Sequence record: PZ476263.1
DNA: 64,000 nucleotides
Direction: 5' to 3' (one strand)
From: a phage
Shown here: positions 61,171-64,000 of the stretch, one piece after another
How positions within the stretch are numbered: the stretch's first letter is position 1
Layout of the letters: each line of letters opens with the position of its first letter
The notes under the pieces: generated by a model
The model's database searches: none
Told to the model about the DNA's origin: nothing
What the model saw: the letters and a program-made list of their open reading frames with translations, nothing else
Position numbers and translations under genes: made by a program

Positions 61171-61194
61171 GGTCACCTTCGGGTGGCCTTTTTT
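61171..61194 (+). terminator. Rho-independent terminator GGUCACC-UUCG-GGUGGCC-U6
   Basis: The same 18-mer occurs at 19895-19912 on the other strand. Confidence 0.85.
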
Positions 61195-61275
61195 ATTATG
61201 CCTGTACATTTTGGATAAAATAGTGTACTATTATAAGATAGGCCCTTAATATAATCAATGACGAAGGAGTTATTA

Positions 61276-61887
61276 ATGTCTAAATCAACTCACTTAGAAA
61301 TCTTTCGAAGTGAATATCACATGCTCAAATTCTTTGGGGAATATCTTGAAAAGTTAGATGTTAATACATCTGCTCGATTGGGAGCTTTCCTTTATAGTTA
61401 TGACGGAAACTTAGTTCTGGCCCGTGGCCTTTATGATTTTCTTTCTCAAATGGAAAAAATGACTGCCTTGGGTATTGATGTTAAATCATCTACTCAGAAA
61501 GGTACTAGCTTCTTGGTATTTTTTAAAGAAAAACCAAAAGCCCCTGAAAAATTCCGTCAAGATGTTAAAAAGATTGAAGCTTTGAAAGAAGCAATTGTAG
61601 TAGCTACTCCAGCTAAAACTATGGAGGAGACTATCCTTGTTTCTACGAAAGTAGAAGAAGAGGGTAAATCTGAAGAGACTGTGGAAGTAGAAGAAAAAGT
61701 TGTTAAGTCTTCTCGTAGTCAAGAAGAAAAAGCAGAGATCTTAGCAAAAGCGGAAGAACTTCGTGATGACAGTAAGAAAGCTGCTGCAAAAGCTGCACTC
61801 GAAGCTTTCGGTATGGAACACGGTGTTTCTCTGAGCAAAGGTAAAACCTTTGATGCGATGTTGGAAGATTTAGCTGCTGCACTTTAA
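61276..61887 (+). CDS. Hypothetical structural-module protein (203 aa)
   Basis: ATG at 61276 follows AAGGAG. Lys/Glu/Ala-rich C-terminal half. Confidence 0.55.
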   Translation: MSKSTHLEIFRSEYHMLKFFGEYLEKLDVNTSARLGAFLYSYDGNLVLARGLYDFLSQMEKMTALGIDVKSSTQKGTSFLVFFKEKPKAPEKFRQDVKKIEALKEAIVVATPAKTMEETILVSTKVEEEGKSEETVEVEEKVVKSSRSQEEKAEILAKAEELRDDSKKAAAKAALEAFGMEHGVSLSKGKTFDAMLEDLAAAL

Positions 61888-61940
61888 TCCCGCCTCAAGC
61901 CCCTACTCTGGGGCTTAAATTCCTAGGAGAAATTTAATAA

Positions 61941-64000
61941 ATGTCTGAATACAATGATAAGGTCGTAGAGGCTTTTGTTACTGCCCCAGATCCTGTCGTT
62001 ACTACCAGTGGTGGTGGAGTTATTTTTAACGGTATTGAAACTCGTGATACCGTTTCTACCACTTTGGTTGGTGATGGTACTGTAACTGCGCCTCTTCAAG
62101 CACAAATTCGTGTTTCTCGTCGAGCAGGTAACGCCCTTCAGGTAGTTCAAACTGAAAGTGAACAAGGTCTGTTTGCATCGGCAGGCGAAGCTAAAGTTTC
62201 CGTATCTGCTGTCAACGTTGCAAAATATGTTACAGCTGAAGAAGCTGCAAGTCAAGGTGATGCTGCACTGGAAGGTGTTTTAGTAGAACCTGTTCACTTA
62301 ACCACCACAGCAGCAACATCTGGATTACAGATCAGTGCAGATCCTCTGACTGGTAAAAAATCTCGAATCGGTCTTGTTGTTTCACCTGCTGCCACTAACG
62401 CACTGTCTTTAGAAGAAGATGGTTTGTCTGTTAAAGTGTCTCCAGCTATTGATAACAACATTCAAGTTCGTGAAGGTGCTCTGTATGTTCCTCCGAGCAA
62501 TGCAGAAGTATCTCCTGATTCCGACAACAAGCTTGAATTACGTTCCAATGGTCTTTATGTTGCCACTGTAAAAGGTGACAAAGGCGACCAGGGTGAACAA
62601 GGCCCAGCGGGTCCTCAAGGTGAAGTAGGTCCAGAAGGTCCGCAAGGTCCGGCTGGAGAGAAGGGTGACCAAGGTGAACAAGGACCTCAAGGTGACAAAG
62701 GGGATCAGGGCGTAGCTGGTCCAGCAGGTCCACAAGGTGCTCGTGGTCCAGAAGGTCCTCGTGGTGAAACTGGCTTGGGCATTAATGTTCTGAGTTCTTT
62801 AGACTCGGAAGATCAGTTGCCTTCTGTTGTTGATTTACAGAATGGTGATACCTATGTAATCGGACAAAACTTCTTTACTGTCATCACTGAAGGTGGTGTA
62901 AAACAGTGGAGAAATATTGGTAACTTCGCAGGCCCAGAAGGTCAATCTGCATTTGAAGTTGCTGAGACTGCTGGATTTGTTGGTACTGTAGATGATTGGT
63001 TAGCAAGTCTTCGCGGTGCTGATGGTATCGGTCTTCAGCTTCTTGGCGCTCTGCGTCGTGTGGAAGACTTACCGGAAGAAGGCAACCGACAAGGCGATGC
63101 TTATATCATTCAGGAACAAATGTATGTTTGGACTGGTGATGTAGATCGTTGGCAGATTGTAGGTCAGATTGGCCCAGAAGGTCGTTCTGCTTATCAGGTT
63201 TGGTTGGCGAATGGCAATACTGGATCACAAGTTGACTTCCTTAACTCACTCAAGGGTGAAAAGGGAGATACGGGTGAGCAAGGTCCTCAGGGGGAAAGGG
63301 GCGAAGACGGTAAAAACGCAAACGCAATCAACATCCTTGGTAGTGTAGCTGATGAAGCTTCTCTTCCAGAAGGCGCTGATGCAGGTGATGCCTACCTTAT
63401 TGGGACTAACGTCTTTGTATCAGACGGCGCTGGTAACTGGGAAAATTTGGGATCTTTCCAAGGCCCACAAGGTGATCAGGGTGTTAAAGGTGACAAAGGC
63501 GATAAGGGAGACAAGGGCGATAAAGGTGATAAAGGTGATGACAACTACACCATTGCTGTTGCTAACGGTTTCGTCGGATCTGTAACTGAATACCTTGCGT
63601 CCATTAAGGGTGAGAAAGGTGATGTAGGTGCAACTGGTCCCCGTGGTCTTACTGGTCCACAGGGTGAACAGGGTCCCGTCGGTGCTGGTCTGAATATTCT
63701 CGGATCTTTCGAGGATGAGTCTGAACTGCCAACTTCTGGAATTACCGAAGGTGATGCCTACCTGATCCAAGGATTCCTTTATATCTTTACTGGAGGTTCT
63801 TTTAAGAACGTTGGTGAAGTTAAGGGTCCTAAAGGAGATCAGGGCGATGTAGGACCTGCGGGTCCACAGGGTGAGCAGGGTATTGCGGGACCACAAGGCC
63901 AGCAAGGTTTAGTTGGACCTGCGGGTCCTCAAGGCGAGACTGGTCCACAAGGCCCAGAAGGTCCAGAAGGTCCTCAAGGTCCTCAAGGAGCGCAGGGTGA
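61941..64000 (+). CDS. Collagen-like modular tail fibre protein, 5' partial (open to the window end)
   Basis: ATG at 61941 after TAGGAGA, with no stop through 64000. Contains five Gly-X-Y tracts alternating with repeated globular modules. Confidence 0.8.
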   Translation, partial: MSEYNDKVVEAFVTAPDPVVTTSGGGVIFNGIETRDTVSTTLVGDGTVTAPLQAQIRVSRRAGNALQVVQTESEQGLFASAGEAKVSVSAVNVAKYVTAEEAASQGDAALEGVLVEPVHLTTTAATSGLQISADPLTGKKSRIGLVVSPAATNALSLEEDGLSVKVSPAIDNNIQVREGALYVPPSNAEVSPDSDNKLELRSNGLYVATVKGDKGDQGEQGPAGPQGEVGPEGPQGPAGEKGDQGEQGPQGDKGDQGVAGPAGPQGARGPEGPRGETGLGINVLSSLDSEDQLPSVVDLQNGDTYVIGQNFFTVITEGGVKQWRNIGNFAGPEGQSAFEVAETAGFVGTVDDWLASLRGADGIGLQLLGALRRVEDLPEEGNRQGDAYIIQEQMYVWTGDVDRWQIVGQIGPEGRSAYQVWLANGNTGSQVDFLNSLKGEKGDTGEQGPQGERGEDGKNANAINILGSVADEASLPEGADAGDAYLIGTNVFVSDGAGNWENLGSFQGPQGDQGVKGDKGDKGDKGDKGDKGDDNYTIAVANGFVGSVTEYLASIKGEKGDVGATGPRGLTGPQGEQGPVGAGLNILGSFEDESELPTSGITEGDAYLIQGFLYIFTGGSFKNVGEVKGPKGDQGDVGPAGPQGEQGIAGPQGQQGLVGPAGPQGETGPQGPEGPEGPQGPQGAQG
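62574..62780 (+). repeat. Gly-X-Y collagen-like tract 1 (23 triplets)
   Basis: GDKGDQGEQGPAGPQGEVGPEGPQGPAGEKGDQGEQGPQGDKGDQGVAGPAGPQGARGPEGPRGETGLG. Confidence 0.95.
63255..63317 (+). repeat. Gly-X-Y tract 2 (7 triplets)
   Basis: GEKGDTGEQGPQGERGEDGKN. Confidence 0.9.
63462..63542 (+). repeat. Gly-X-Y tract 3 (9 triplets, including GDK x5)
   Basis: GPQGDQGVKGDKGDKGDKGDKGDKGDD. Confidence 0.9.
63609..63689 (+). repeat. Gly-X-Y tract 4 (9 triplets)
   Basis: GEKGDVGATGPRGLTGPQGEQGPVGAG. Confidence 0.9.
63825..64000 (+). repeat. Gly-X-Y tract 5 (runs off the window)
   Basis: GPKGDQGDVGPAGPQGEQGIAGPQGQQGLVGPAGPQGETGPQGPEGPEGPQGPQGAQG... Confidence 0.9.

Noticed and set aside
62446-62735. Two overlapping minus-strand ORFs (95 aa and 65 aa), and the 161-aa minus ORF at 63420..63905
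   Set aside because: They are antisense to Gly-X-Y repeats of the fibre gene. The periodic GGT/GGC codons suppress stops on the opposite strand.

Overview
This window reads as part of a large, AT-rich tailed dsDNA phage genome (Caudoviricetes). All calls rest on motifs read by eye; no database search was run. Two divergent transcription arms meet at a repeat-rich control region at about 48.6-48.97 kb.

Leftward arm (1302-48589, minus strand):
- About 110 tightly packed, mostly small genes.
- A nucleotide-metabolism block: nrdA, nrdB, glutaredoxin, nrdD, nrdG, thyX, a dNMP kinase, a HAD nucleotidase and phoH.
- DNA ligase and a cluster of nucleases: T7 gp6-like exonuclease, RuvC-like, endonuclease VII-like, a DnaQ-like exonuclease and an HNH-like protein.
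- An N6-adenine methyltransferase and a ClpP-like protease.
- An RNA/tRNA-maintenance gene set: CCA-adding enzyme with HD domain, a RlaP-type nucleotidyltransferase, a PTH2-like protein and a minimal class II aaRS-like core.
- Two expanded gene families: seven 'DFFEDP' genes and three tandem RCC1-like beta-propeller genes, one of them frameshifted.

Rightward arm (48967-64000, plus strand):
- Small early genes.
- A promoter-driven tRNA island with five canonical tRNAs, one atypical tRNA-like element and structured spacers.
- A spanin pair.
- A large terminase gene split by two td-like group I introns. The first intron carries an HNH homing endonuclease.
- Portal, XkdF-like protease, scaffold, decoration protein, major capsid protein, and the start of a collagen-like modular fibre.

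The first 1.26 kb is ORF-poor and packed with same-orientation TTTGG/TGTGG motifs. No DNA polymerase, primase or helicase is recognisable in the window.
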